The notes under the pieces were generated by a model. It made no database searches. It was not told the origin of the DNA and worked only from the letters and a program-made list of their open reading frames with translations. A stretch of DNA of 63,967 bases, counting the filler, from Chiloscyllium plagiosum (lineage: Eukaryota): NCBI RefSeq assembly GCF_004010195.1. It is 6 parts of one record of this genome, joined end to end, with 100 filler letters (N's around TTAATTAATTAA, not from the genome) between each part and the next. Parts side by side here need not be neighbours in the genome. Positions count along the whole stretch, not along the records: positions 10,837 to 36,974 come from NC_057717.1; 5 more parts are not named here. One strand, given 5' to 3'. How positions within the stretch are numbered: the first letter of the stretch is position 1; each line of letters starts with the position of its first letter. A program made the position numbers and the translations under genes. Below are positions 12,960 through 24,644 of this stretch, piece by piece.

Positions 12960-15900
12960 TTAATTGGTTTCTGTGCTGTCTGATGTCTCCTCAGGCCCAG
13001 TTGCACGTTTGCAATGGCTGGCGTGTATCCACGTTGCTCTTTCGGCCATCTTAACAGCTCTCTGTGTCGTGAGGAACACTTTAAACGGTCCCAGCCACCC
13101 CGTAGCCTTCAGGTTTACTTCCTGAAGTCTTTCAACACTCCAGGATCCAGGTTCTAGATCGTGCAGGTTCCCTTCTGCTGGTTGGGGTCGTGCTGCTTTC
13201 ACTTGATTCCGCATTTGAAACAAAAGTGTAGAGAGTTTCATACAGGAACACAACATTTCGCCCTCACAGTGGTCTGTTATCTGTCTTACCGTGGGCCTTG
13301 TTCTAATTCCTGTATTGGGAGCCTACCAAACAAAATCTCAAACGGGCTAAGATTAGCTCTCCCTCTTCACCTCGATCTCAAATACATTAACATAATTGGA
13401 AGTGCCTTTGTCCATGTCACCCTTAGTTCCTCACAGCATTTTGGCAAATTATTTTTTAGGGTAGCATTTTCTCTTTCCACTGCACCACCGCTCGCTGGGT
13501 GATAGGCACAGTGTTGTTTCATCTTTATTCTCAAATAATCACTGATTTGCTGTCGGGCATTGTTGACAAATGGTGTCCCATTCTCACTACTAAGCATTTC
13601 AGCGTTGCCCCATCTCGGAATTATTAAAGTTAGCAAAACATTGGCTACTGCACTGGCATAATGTTTAGAAGTGGGGAACGCTTCCACCCTTGTGGAAAAC
13701 ATATCAACATTTACCAGATAATACCCTTTCCCTTCGCTAAGTGTTAGCTCAATAAAATCTATCTGTAAATGTTCGAAGAGTCTTTGGGGTTGGGCGTGTG
13801 CTGCCTGACTCATCTGCACTCCCCTCTACACGTTATTAGTAGCACAGATAACACATCATTCACAATATTTCTGGGAGTAATAATTAAACCCCTTCGTGTA
13901 CCAATGTGCCGAAATACTGTCATGTATCCCCCTTTTGACACATGGTCCTTACCGTATGTCAGTTTGGCATAGAATGGAAGTAATGATCGTGGTAGGCAAG
14001 GTTTACCATTGGTGCCACACCATCCCTCTTCCCTCATGCTGGGCCCCGCTTTTGTCCACTCCCGCTTTTCTTCCAGCGAGGCCCGTGACTGTAACTCCAG
14101 TACGTCAGCTGTTGGGGTACAAATTTATTCATAAACATGTCAAACTGATCACTGCTGCGCTGCCGTCCTTACAGCTGACCCAGCACTTGCATTGCGTTGA
14201 GAAATAAAATCGTTATTTTTAGTGTGGGCTTCATATTTACACACATCGATTGATTTAGGCAATACGACCACTTCCACGAGGTCAGAAATCAGGTCACGGT
14301 GTATGACGGTCTTTCTGCTGGAGCTCAAGAACCCCTATATTTCCACGGGATTCCAAAATTATCTACCACCCCGAATGCGTATCTGCAATCGGTGTAAACA
14401 TTCGCTGTCTTCCTTTAGCCAACTTACATGCCTCAGTCAAGACAATCAGCACCGCTGCTACAGCTGACAGATGAGAAGGGAATAATCCCGCTTTGACTAC
14501 CTCGTCGGTAGTCACTACAGCATACCGACTACAATTCTGGCTTGTCTCCTTACTCCTGACTGCTGACTAATCCACAAAAACCTCCATATGCGGATTCTGA
14601 AGTGGTGAATCCTGCAAATGTGGTCGAGGGCAGAAATTTCATTAGTCACAGCGACACAAGCATGTGGGTCTCCGCCTCCTGATGTGGGGAGAAGGCTAGC
14701 AGGGCTAAGGGCGTTACATCTCTTTATTGTAATATTAGGCATCTCCAATAACGCAGTATTGTATCCGAGCCAATGTGCTTCCAACATGTGTGCTGTCTTT
14801 ACTCGGAAAGCAGTAAGGATACTACATGGGAGATCAGTAGGATTAATTCACCAGAACCGACTCTGTCCCTGGATACTACAACAGCCTTTTCAGCTGTAGT
14901 CATGGCTCGCAGGCATTTCGGCAATCCTGCTGCTACGGGTCCAGCTTAGTCAAAAAATAAGCTACGCCTTAATTTTCCCCCATGATCGTGCAACAGCACA
15001 GATGTCATGCAGCTACGCTTCTCATCTGCAGTTTTTACAAAAGCCTTGTTTGGATTCGGAATCCCCAGTGTGGGTGTAATTTGGAGCGCCCTTTTAATTC
15101 AACAAATGTACTCTCGGTTTCTGGGTCCATTGCAACGGACTCCGGCTCTGAACACTTTTCTCATCAGCTATGTCACTTATGGGCGTCTCAGGGGGTGCGG
15201 ATTGTGAAATAAACATTCTACGGTAGGAGCACATGCTCAAAAAGGATAGCACTTGCTTCTTCGTGTGAGACTTCGGAATTTGCTGGATTGCTTGAAATCT
15301 GTCTTGATCAATGGCCTACCCTTGTTCAGATATTAAGTGACCTAAGAACTTCATCTGTTTTGCACAAATTGTAGTTTTGTGAAACTAGCTTTCTGCCTTA
15401 CCTGGCTAGATGGCAGAACAATGCAAGTGTATCCTTTTCACATTTTCCCTCTGTCAGTGCTGCTATTATACTTCAGAAGCGCTTACCCCAGGCTTAAAAC
15501 TAGAGTCGCCAGACTCCTGCGTAAAACCTCATTACATATGATGGGGGACTCACAGTAGCCTTGACAAAGTCACGTGAAGCTATATGATTTCCCTTTGAAT
15601 GAAAAAGCGAACCAGAATTGACTATCTGCGTGTACCGGTACATGAAAGAAGGCATTGCTAAATCCACAACAGAGAACCACTTACTGTCCGGTGTAACTTG
15701 AGTTGCTCTTGTACAGGGGTTGGGAACAGTTGGGGCGTGCGGGACAACAGCGTCATTGACAGTCTGCAAGTCTTGACCAAACCTCCATTCCTCCGGTTCA
15801 ACTGGAATGTTTGCCTTTTTGACCGGAAAAATGGCGGTCCTCAACGGTGAGTTTTCACAGTGAATTATGACTCCAGCCATTGGGAGAGATTTAAAGACTG

Positions 15901-17133
15901 GAGTAATTCTTTCTATGGCCTCGGGTTTTAACGGTTATTCTGCCCTGCAAGCACGATACTCGGACTTCAGGATTATTCTTAGGGGTTCACAGCCTCGTAT
16001 GAGCCCCACACCATGTTTGCCTTTTGCCCACAACTCAGTAGAAGCCGCTTTTAATCTTGGTTCCGAGACTTCTATCTTAGGGAAACGCTAGTCTACCCTC
16101 TAACGCTCTTCAGGACTAATGGGGGTTATTTGGACTGTGCGATCTGCCTGAGTGAGCCAATTTATTTTCTTCCTATATGTCCGTATATCTGCATTGAACC
16201 AGATACCCACATCGTCCCTGAAGACCCAACCTTTGTGCCTTTCCCACCCATGGTCCTAATTCCTGCCACCTGTCGCTGGACGTCTTCGTCAATGACACGT
16301 GTCTGCTTGCCGTTACAGATACTTTAGGTAAGTTCACATCGACTGCACATCTGTGATCATTCCAATAAATTTCGCACAATAACAAATGATCTGGTTTAAC
16401 AAATCTCCTGAACTAATCCTTTCCATATTATTCGTCAGGGCCATCGTGATGTATTTGTGCTGTGCAGTGCAGTATGTCCCCAGCAAGAAAATCGGCGTTA
16501 ATAGGATTAACATAGTCACTTATTTCCAGGGCGAGTGAATCACTCACTGAACTTATCTCTCTTTGGCTGAATCGCTACACATAGATATACATCAGGGGTC
16601 GTAGTCGTATTTTACAGCCTGCACGGGTAGATATTCCCTTTGAATTACGTGCAAACACTTGGGGTACTGAGGAAATCCAAGCCAGACTCACTATGAGATC
16701 CCGAGCCTCAGATGTAAAGGACAGGATTCAGATAACAAAAATGAGCGTTGGAATGCTTCCCCAGTAATCGGTTCACAAATTTGGAGTGACGAAAATTTCT
16801 CTCATATCACGATTTCTGATGCACCCATTGTGTTCAGCGGCCTTCCACTCATCTTTATTTCCGTCGTTTCTCTGAACTGGGTTAATTTAAGGACTGAATA
16901 TGTTGCCCCTGTATCTACCAAAAAGGTAACTGGTGTACCTTCCACGTATAACACGGAGGTAGGCATCGACTTATACGGATCATAGTTATATTGAAAATAT
17001 AGTCCGCACTTCGCAATCTCAGTGCTCAATATGGCCTTCGGACTTGTTTAGTGCCTGTTCCGTTGCCAAGCATAAGGGAAAGAAGCTTACCTGGACCTTC
17101 TGGGCTGCCCACCTTCACCTCAGCATTCGCCTG
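12960..17133 (-). pseudogene. pol: pol remnant, copy 1 (PR, 2H-like spacer, RT, RNase H, IN)
   Basis: FLVDTGATYSVL (protease); TAIFPVKK...WRFGQDL...WFSVVDL (RT); HLQIDFIEL...VDMFS...HPASGGAVEREN (integrase core); WLGPFKV...WIHASHCKR (IN C-terminus). Confidence 0.95.
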
Positions 17134-17949
17134 TCAGTTACCCTGCTGTCCAGCCTCCAGAGCCGATTGGGATTGTCTGGACGGACACTATCTCGCCCAG
17201 TGGTCCATTGCGCGTCAAACAAAGTACCCGCCAGATCTACCTCTGCCAGCGCCTTTTCCATGACCCCTTCATCTTCCTCTTCCGCGACCTACACATCTGT
17301 CTCTCTCCCTGCAGCTCCTCCCTCCAACTGCTGACCATTCGCATCATAGTAAGCTGAGGCTTATGTGCTTGCTGTTCCTTCTTTAGTTTCTGCTTATCCT
17401 TCGCTTGGGTCAGCATTTGTTTCAGCATATATCACATGTTGTTCTATCAAATTCAGCTTTCTAGTGTCCCAGGTAATACATGTGTCTTTTACATTTTTGA
17501 CTATTTCGTCTTTGATTCCATTGATGACGATGTTCCTCAGGTGTGCTTCATACGGTGCAATTTCTGCTGTCGTCATGTCCTCGGGTGGTCCCCATCCACC
17601 ATGGGCGTTATGGACTTCATTGAGGCGCGTAGAGCACTGGGAGACTGTCTCACCTTCTTGTTGTTTACACATTGCAACTTTGGTCATGTCCATTCGCATT
17701 GGGAATGCCTCCCAACAGGCGACTGCCAGCGTGGAGCAAAAGCATTTACGTCTCTGTACTCTTACGCTTGCAGGTTGGTTGATTTGGCATGGACGTTTAC
17801 GGCTGACCATTTATAATTAATTTTGGTGACATCGGCACCAGTGTTTGTTCCAGGAGATGTCTCAACTCATGTGACCTGGGACGGAACTCGACACAGAACC
17901 TTGTTACTTTTTCAGCGAACTTATTACCTCCAACCTCGCGTGGGTCAGG
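17134..17949 (-). pseudogene. gag: gag remnant (3' part), copy 1
   Basis: VAMCKQQEGETVSQ (major-homology-region-like) and a decayed zinc knuckle ..DHWAR.CP; ends at TGA 17134-17136. Confidence 0.85.
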
Positions 17950-18467
17950 NNNNNNNNNNNNNNNNNNNNNNNNNNNNNNNNNNNNNNNNNNNNNNNNNNN
18001 NNNNNNNNNNNNNNNNNNNNNNNNNNNNNNNNNNNNNNNNNNNNNNNNNNNNNNNNNNNNNNNNNNNNNNNNNNNNNNNNNNNNNNNNNNNNNNNNNNNN
18101 NNNNNNNNNNNNNNNNNNNNNNNNNNNNNNNNNNNNNNNNNNNNNNNNNNNNNNNNNNNNNNNNNNNNNNNNNNNNNNNNNNNNNNNNNNNNNNNNNNNN
18201 NNNNNNNNNNNNNNNNNNNNNNNNNNNNNNNNNNNNNNNNNNNNNNNNNNNNNNNNNNNNNNNNNNNNNNNNNNNNNNNNNNNNNNNNNNNNNNNNNNNN
18301 NNNNNNNNNNNNNNNNNNNNNNNNNNNNNNNNNNNNNNNNNNNNNNNNNNNNNNNNNNNNNNNNNNNNNNNNNNNNNNNNNNNNNNNNNNNNNNNNNNNN
18401 NNNNNNNNNNNNNNNNNNNNNNNNNNNNNNNNNNNNNNNNNNNNNNNNNTTCTTCCTAGGTTAACGT

Positions 18468-18542
18468 GACGTTGTGGCTTAGTTTATTGAAGTTCCTCCT
18501 TAATAAACAAGTCGATCTGAGGTTAAGAACCTAGCAGCGTCT
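18468..18542 (+). pseudogene. Decayed tRNA-Thr, copy 2 (duplicated together with the provirus)
   Basis: Paralog of 10991-11065 at the same position relative to the LTR. Confidence 0.65.
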
Positions 18543-18656
18543 GCAACTCACATGTGCTATTCCTTGTTAAACCTCTCTCAAATACCATGTTGCTGTTCCA
18601 TCAGGTTATTGATCCAACTTCATGGTGCAGAAGGAGACGGTTACTTGTTGAACGTG

Positions 18657-19068
18657 AGTCGTGGAAATTAAATCGACATAACTCAAATGCTATCAAGAGG
18701 AATGAAAAAGCTTTATTGTAACCTCTGCAGGGGGGCCAATACAGTTTGCAAGATGCTGCATGTAAGGGGCTGAACAACTTGCACATATTATTTTATACTA
18801 CATTTCACTTATCCTTATCACACGCTCAAGGACAAACACTGGGAGCATTAGGCTGTTGGTATGATTGCGTAGGTTTCCCTGATTCCTGTTGAATCTGACT
18901 GCTTTCCAAGACTTGCAAGGCGAAGTTGTCTGCTTGCAGAATTGAGCAATGTCAGGCTGTCTACTTAAAATTTTAGCAAAGTGTTAGTTTTATCGAAATA
19001 TTAGATTTAGCAAATTATTCTCTTTCAGATTTCACAGCAAACGTTAATTTGGCTAATTTTCCATTGCA
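18657..19068 (-). repeat. ERV 3' LTR, copy 2
   Basis: Homologous to the copy 1 LTR; minus-strand TATAAAA at 18791-18797, AATAAA at 18712-18717; PPT at 19069-19082. Confidence 0.88.
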
Positions 19069-19257
19069 TCTCCCCCCCCTTTGGTATTTTACAGCAATGA
19101 CAAAAACAACAACAACAAAAAACTACACAAAGCTAGGTAACTATACATCAAATTTGCTTAGGTAGCACCAACCTTTTCCACAGACAACATCTAACTTTTA
19201 TACAGCTGTGTGTTAGTATCATCACTTGCCCTTGTGTGCTCTGTACACAGCCCATTT

Positions 19258-20404
19258 TCACACGTCATTCTCGTCAACGTCACGGTATGGTGTGGTCCTC
19301 GCAATTGGATCCTCCTGTTGTGGGGCCACTGAATGTTTTACCATTTGGAATCCCACTGCACTCATAAGCAAACGGTATAGCCAGATACACAAGCAGGGCC
19401 CTATACAAAGCATTATGAATTTCGCCAGTCCTAAAAGTAGTAGAATGTGTAGGATCCAATATCCACAATCCTCCCCAAAGGGAGCGTAGCCATTTGTGCA
19501 AATACACCGTTCTCCACTGCCTTTCACCATATGGAAGGCTGTGGTCGGAAGTGTGTCAGCCTTGGGACTGTAGTTGGCCTTGAGTTCGGGGGGTGGCGCG
19601 AGGTTTGCCATACTTTCTCCCCTTATCAGGGGCAGGGTAGTCACCGCCACGGAAGCACAAAGCTCGCATTTCTCGCCAGGCTCTCTGTAATTCGTTCAGC
19701 AGTCACCGTTGGGCAGTGTAGCCAGCAATGGCTGGCGTGTATCAAAGTAGCCAACGTCTAATTTCCTGTGTTGTATTAGGGCCAAAGTATATGCTCTGCT
19801 CCCTTCACATCTAGAAATGTCCCTTCGCATCTCCGAACCTATTGGCGTCGCATTTACGCCATCAACTTCCTGCAGAGCCAATTCCACTACCGGATGACTC
19901 CCTCCGGTTAGGGCGTGACATTAATGCCCTCTGCCCTGCTTGGGGTTAGGTTCATGATTTGGTTTGTGTAGTTGCTATGCCCCGGTGCTACTATCTTCTG
20001 GAGGACCTTCTGCACTGCATCTCGGGGCGGGGATGTGGGGAGTGACTAAGCCACTATATTCACCTGCCTATCGATGTCAGAGAAGGTTGTATCCATTTCA
20101 CCAGACTACCTCATCGCTCTTCTGAAAGTTGGATATTATCACCCGTGCCCAGCCACCTCCTACCTAGTTCTCAGTCACATGTGCCTGTAGCCGTGGTAGC
20201 TACTTCTAATTGCCAGTCACTGGCGCCACCAGAATCTCTGCAGAAATATTTATTATCCACATTATTGTCATACTGGTTTGTAAACGGCCATGGGTCGCAT
20301 GTGAAAGTTCTTGCACCGTCAGTTAAAATTACCATCTGCGTCTGTATTCCTGACGCCAGTCGTACCAGGGCGCTTGCAAAGAGTGCGAGCTGGGGCATCC
20401 CCAT
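19258..20404 (-). pseudogene. env: env-like gene remnant, copy 2
   Basis: ORFs 20171-20404 (signal peptide), 19696-19887 and 19258-19650. The last two share a frame and are split by one TGA; they end in WILHILLLLGLAKFIMLCIGPCLCIW plus a tail. Confidence 0.7.
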
Positions 20405-20436
20405 AAGGGTACGAGGTTTCTAATTACTACTTGCAC

Positions 20437-23400
20437 TTAATTGGTTCCTGTGCTGTCCGATGTCTCCTCAGGCCCAGTTACACGTTTGCAATGGCTGGTG
20501 TGTATCCACGTCGCTCTTTCAGCGATCTTAACAGCTGTCTGTGTCGTGAGGAACACTTGAAACGGTCCCGGCCACCCGTCGCCTTCAGTTTTTCTTCCTG
20601 AAGTCTTTCACCACTATCCAAGCTCCAGGTTCTCGATCGTGCAGCTTCCCTTCTGCTGGTTGGGGTCGTGCTGCTTTCATTTGATTCCGCATTTGAAACA
20701 AAAGTGAAGAGAGTTTCATACAATAACACAACATTTAGCCCTCACAGTGGTCTGTTATCTGTCTTACCGTGGGTCTTGTTCTAATTCCTGTATTGGTAGC
20801 CTACCAAACAAAATCTCAAACGGGCTAAAATTAGTTCTCCCTCTTCACCTCGATCTCAAATACATTAACATAATTGGAAGTGCCTTTGTCCATGTCACCC
20901 CTAGTTCCTCACAGTATTTTGTCAAATTATTTTTAGGGTAGCATTTTCTCTTTCCACTGCACCACCGCTCGCTGGGTGATAGGCACAGTGTTGTTTCATC
21001 TTTTTTCCCAAATACTCACTGATTTGCTGTCGGGCATTATTGACAAATGGTGTCCCATTCTCACTACTCAGCCTTTCAGGGTTGCCCCATCTCGGAATTA
21101 TTAAAGTTAGCAAAACATTGGCTACTGCACTGGCATAATGTTTAGAAGTGGGGAACGCTTCCACCCATGTGGAAAACACATCAACATTTACCACATAATA
21201 CCCTTTCCCTTCGCTGAGTGTTAGTTCAATAAAATCCATCTGTAAATGTTCGAAGAGTCTTTGGGGTTGGGGGTGTGCTGCCTGACTCATCTGCACTCCC
21301 CTCTACACATTATTATTAGCACAGATAACACACCGTTCACAATATTTCTGGGAGTAATGATTAAACCCTTTCGTGTACCATTGTGCCGAAATACTATCAT
21401 GCATCGCCCTTTTGACACATGGTCCTTACCGTGTGTTAGTTTGGCATAGAATGGAAGTAATGATCGTGGTCAGCAGGGTTTACCATTGGGGCCACACCAT
21501 CCCTCTACCCTCACGCTGGGCCCTGCTTTTGTCCACTCCCACTTTTCTTCCAGCGAGGTCCGTGACTGTAACTCCCGTACGTCAGCTGTTGGGGTACAAA
21601 TTTTTTCATAAACATGTCAAACTGATCACTGCTGCGCTGCCGTCCTTACAGCTGACCCTGCGTTGAGTTGAGAAATAAAATCGTTATTTTTCGTGTGGGC
21701 TTCATATTTGCACACATCGATTGATTTAGGCAATACGATCGCTTCCACGAGGTCAGAAATCAGGTCACGGTGTGTGACGGTCTTTCTGCTGGAGCTCAAG
21801 AAGCCCCTATGTTTCCACGGGATTCCAAAATTATGTACCACCCCGAATGCGTATCTGCAATCGGTGTAAACATTCACTGTCTTCCTTTAGCCAACTTACA
21901 TGCCTCAGTCAAGACAATCAGCACTGCTGCTAGAGCTGACAGATGGGAAGGGAGTAATCCCGCTTTGACCACCTCGTCAGCAGTCACTACAGCATACCGA
22001 CTACAATTCTGGCTTGTCTCCTTACTCCTGAATGCTGACTAATCCAGAAAAACCTCCATATGCGGATTCTGAAGTGGTGAATCCTGCAAATGTGGTCGAG
22101 GGCGGAAATTTCATTGGTCACAGCGACACAAGCATGTGGGTCTCCGCCTCCTTATGTGGGGAGAAGGCTAGCAGGGCTAAGGGCGTTACATCTCTTTATT
22201 GTAATGTTAGGCATCTCCAATAACGCAGTATTGTACTCGAGCCAATGTGCTTTCGACATGTGTGCTGTCTTTAGCTCGGAAAGCAGTAACGATATTGCAT
22301 ATGGGATCAGTAGGGTTAATTCACCAGGACCGACTGTGTCCCTGGATACCACCACAGCCTTTTTCGCTGCAGTCATGGCTCACAGGCATTTAGGCAATCC
22401 TGCTGCTACGGGTCCAGTTTAGCCAAAAAATAAGCTACCAGGCTCAATTTTCCCCCATGATCGTGCAACAGCACAGATGTCATGCAGCCACGCTTCTCAT
22501 CTGCAGTTTTTAAAAAAGGCTTGTTTGGATTCGGAATCCCCAGTATACGTGTAGGTTGGAGCGCCTTTTTAATGCAACAAATGTACTCTCGGTTTCTGGG
22601 GTCCTTTGCAACGGACTCAGGCTCTGAAAACTTTTCTCATCAGCTATGTTACTTATGGGCGTCTCAGGGGTGCGGATTGTGGAATCAACATTCTACAGTA
22701 GGAGCACATGCCCAAGAAGGATAGCACTTGTTTCCTCGTGTGAGACTTCGGAATTTGCTGGATTGCTTGAACCCTGTCTTGATCAATGGCCTTCCCTTGT
22801 TCAGATATTAAGTGACCTAAGAACTTAATCTGTTTTGCACAAATTGTAGCTTTGTGAGACTAGCTTTCTGCCTTACCTTGCTGAAGATGGCAGAACAATA
22901 CAAATGTATCCTTTTCACATTTTTCCTCTGTCAGTTCTGCTATTATACTGCAGAAGTGCTAACCCCAGGCTTAAAACTAGAGTCGCCAGACTCCTGCGTA
23001 AAACCTCATTACAAATGATGGGGGACTCACAGTAACCTTGACAAAGTCGTGTGAAGCTAAAAGATTTCTTTTTGAATGAGAAGGCGAACCAGAATTGACA
23101 ATCTGCGTGTACCGGTACATGAAAGAAGGCATTGCTAAATCCACAACAGAGAACCACTTACTGTCTGGTGTAACTTGAGTTGCTATTGTACAGGGGTTGG
23201 GAACAGTTGGGGCGTGCGGAACAACAGCGTTATTGACAGCCTGCAAGTCTTGACCAAACCTCCATTCTTCTGGTTCAACTGGAATGTTTGCCTTTTTGAC
23301 CGGAAAAATGGGGGTCCTCGACGGTGAATTTTCACAGTGGATTATGACTCCAGCCATTGGGAGAGATTTAAAGACAGGAGTAATTCTTTCTATGGCCTCG

Positions 23401-24644
23401 GGTTTTAACGGTTATTTTGCCCTGCAAGCACGATACTCGGACTTCAGGGTTATTCTGAGGGGTTCACAGCCTCGTATGAGCACCACACCATGTTTGCCTT
23501 TTGCTCACAACTCAGTAGAAGCCGTTTTTAATCTTAGGTCCGAGACTTCTATCTTAGGGAAACGCTAGTCTACCCTCCAACGCTCTTCAGGACTAATGAG
23601 GGTTATTTGGACTGTGCGATCTGCCTGAGTGAGTCAGTTTATTTTCTTCCTATGTCCGTACATCTGCATTGAACCAGATACCCACATCGTCCCTGAAGAC
23701 ACAACCTTTGTGCCTTTAGCACCCATGGTCCTAATTCCTGCCACCTGTCGCTGGACGTCTTCGTCAATGACACGTGAGGAAAAAGAGCCTTACACATCAA
23801 AAAGGAAGTGTCTGCTTGCTGTTACAGATACTTTAGGTAGGTTCACACCGACTGCATATCTGTGATGATTCCAATAAATTTCGCACAATAACAAATGATC
23901 AGGTTTAACGAATCTCCTGAACCAATCCCTCCCATATGATTCGTCAGGGACATCGTGATGTATATGTGCTCTGCAGTGCAGCATGTCCCCAGCAAGAAAA
24001 TCGGTATTAATAGGATTAACATGGTCACTTATTTCCAGGGCGAGTGAATCACTCACAGAACTTATCTCTCTTTGGCTTACTCGCTACACATAGATATACA
24101 TCAGGGGTCGTGGGTCGCATTTTACAGCCTCCACGGGTAGATATTCCCTTTGAATTACGTGCAAACACTTGGGGTACTGAGGAAATCCAAGCCAGACTCA
24201 CTATGATATCCCGAGCCATCCAATGTAAAGGACAGAGTTCAGATAACAAAAATGAGCGTTGGAATGCTTCCCCAGTACTCGGTTCACAAATTTGGGGTGA
24301 CAAAAATGTCTCTATGTCACGATTTCTGATGCATCCATTGTGTTCAGCGGCCTTCCACTCGTCTTTATTTCCGTCGTTTCTCTGAACTGGCTTAATTTAA
24401 GGACTGAATATGTTGCCCCTGTATCTACCAAAAAGGTAACTGGTATACCTTCCACATATAACACGGAGGTAGGCATCGACTTATACGCATCGTAGTTATA
24501 TTGAACATATAGTCCGCACTTCGCAATCTCAGTGCTCAATATGGCCTTCGGACTTGTTTCAGTGCCTGTTTCGTTGCCAAGCATAAGGGAAAGAAGCTTA
24601 CCTGGACCTTGTGGGCTGCCCACCTTCTCCTCAGCATTCCCCTG
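20437..24644 (-). pseudogene. pol: pol remnant, copy 2 (PR, 2H-like spacer, RT, RNase H, IN)
   Basis: FLVDTGATYSVL; TPIFPVKK; FTRLCQGYCESP; NVYTDCRYAFGVVH...WKHRGFL (RNase H); HHCC zinc finger (THGKDHVSK...CERCVIC); HLQMDFIEL...GGAVEREN. Confidence 0.95.
23700..24060 (-). other. 2H-phosphoesterase-like domain within pol, between protease and RT (copy 1 equivalent ~16230-16560)
   Basis: Two Hx[T/S] motifs: LHCTA (copy 1, 16461-16469; LHCRA in copy 2, 23970-23978) and PHVSL (23768-23776), followed by WQELGPWV. Confidence 0.65.

Larger units (their letters stand above)
11180..17949 (-). mobile_element. Endogenous retrovirus (epsilon-like, class I), copy 1; cut in gag by a 500-N gap
   Basis: 3' LTR, PPT, env-like gene, IN, RNase H, RT, PR and gag fragments in retroviral order; colinear with 18657-25460. 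Confidence 0.95.

Noticed and set aside
17823..18464. ORFs spanning N runs (also at ~3.4, 34.6, 40.5 and 55.2 kb)
   Set aside because: Open only because Ns contain no stop codons.
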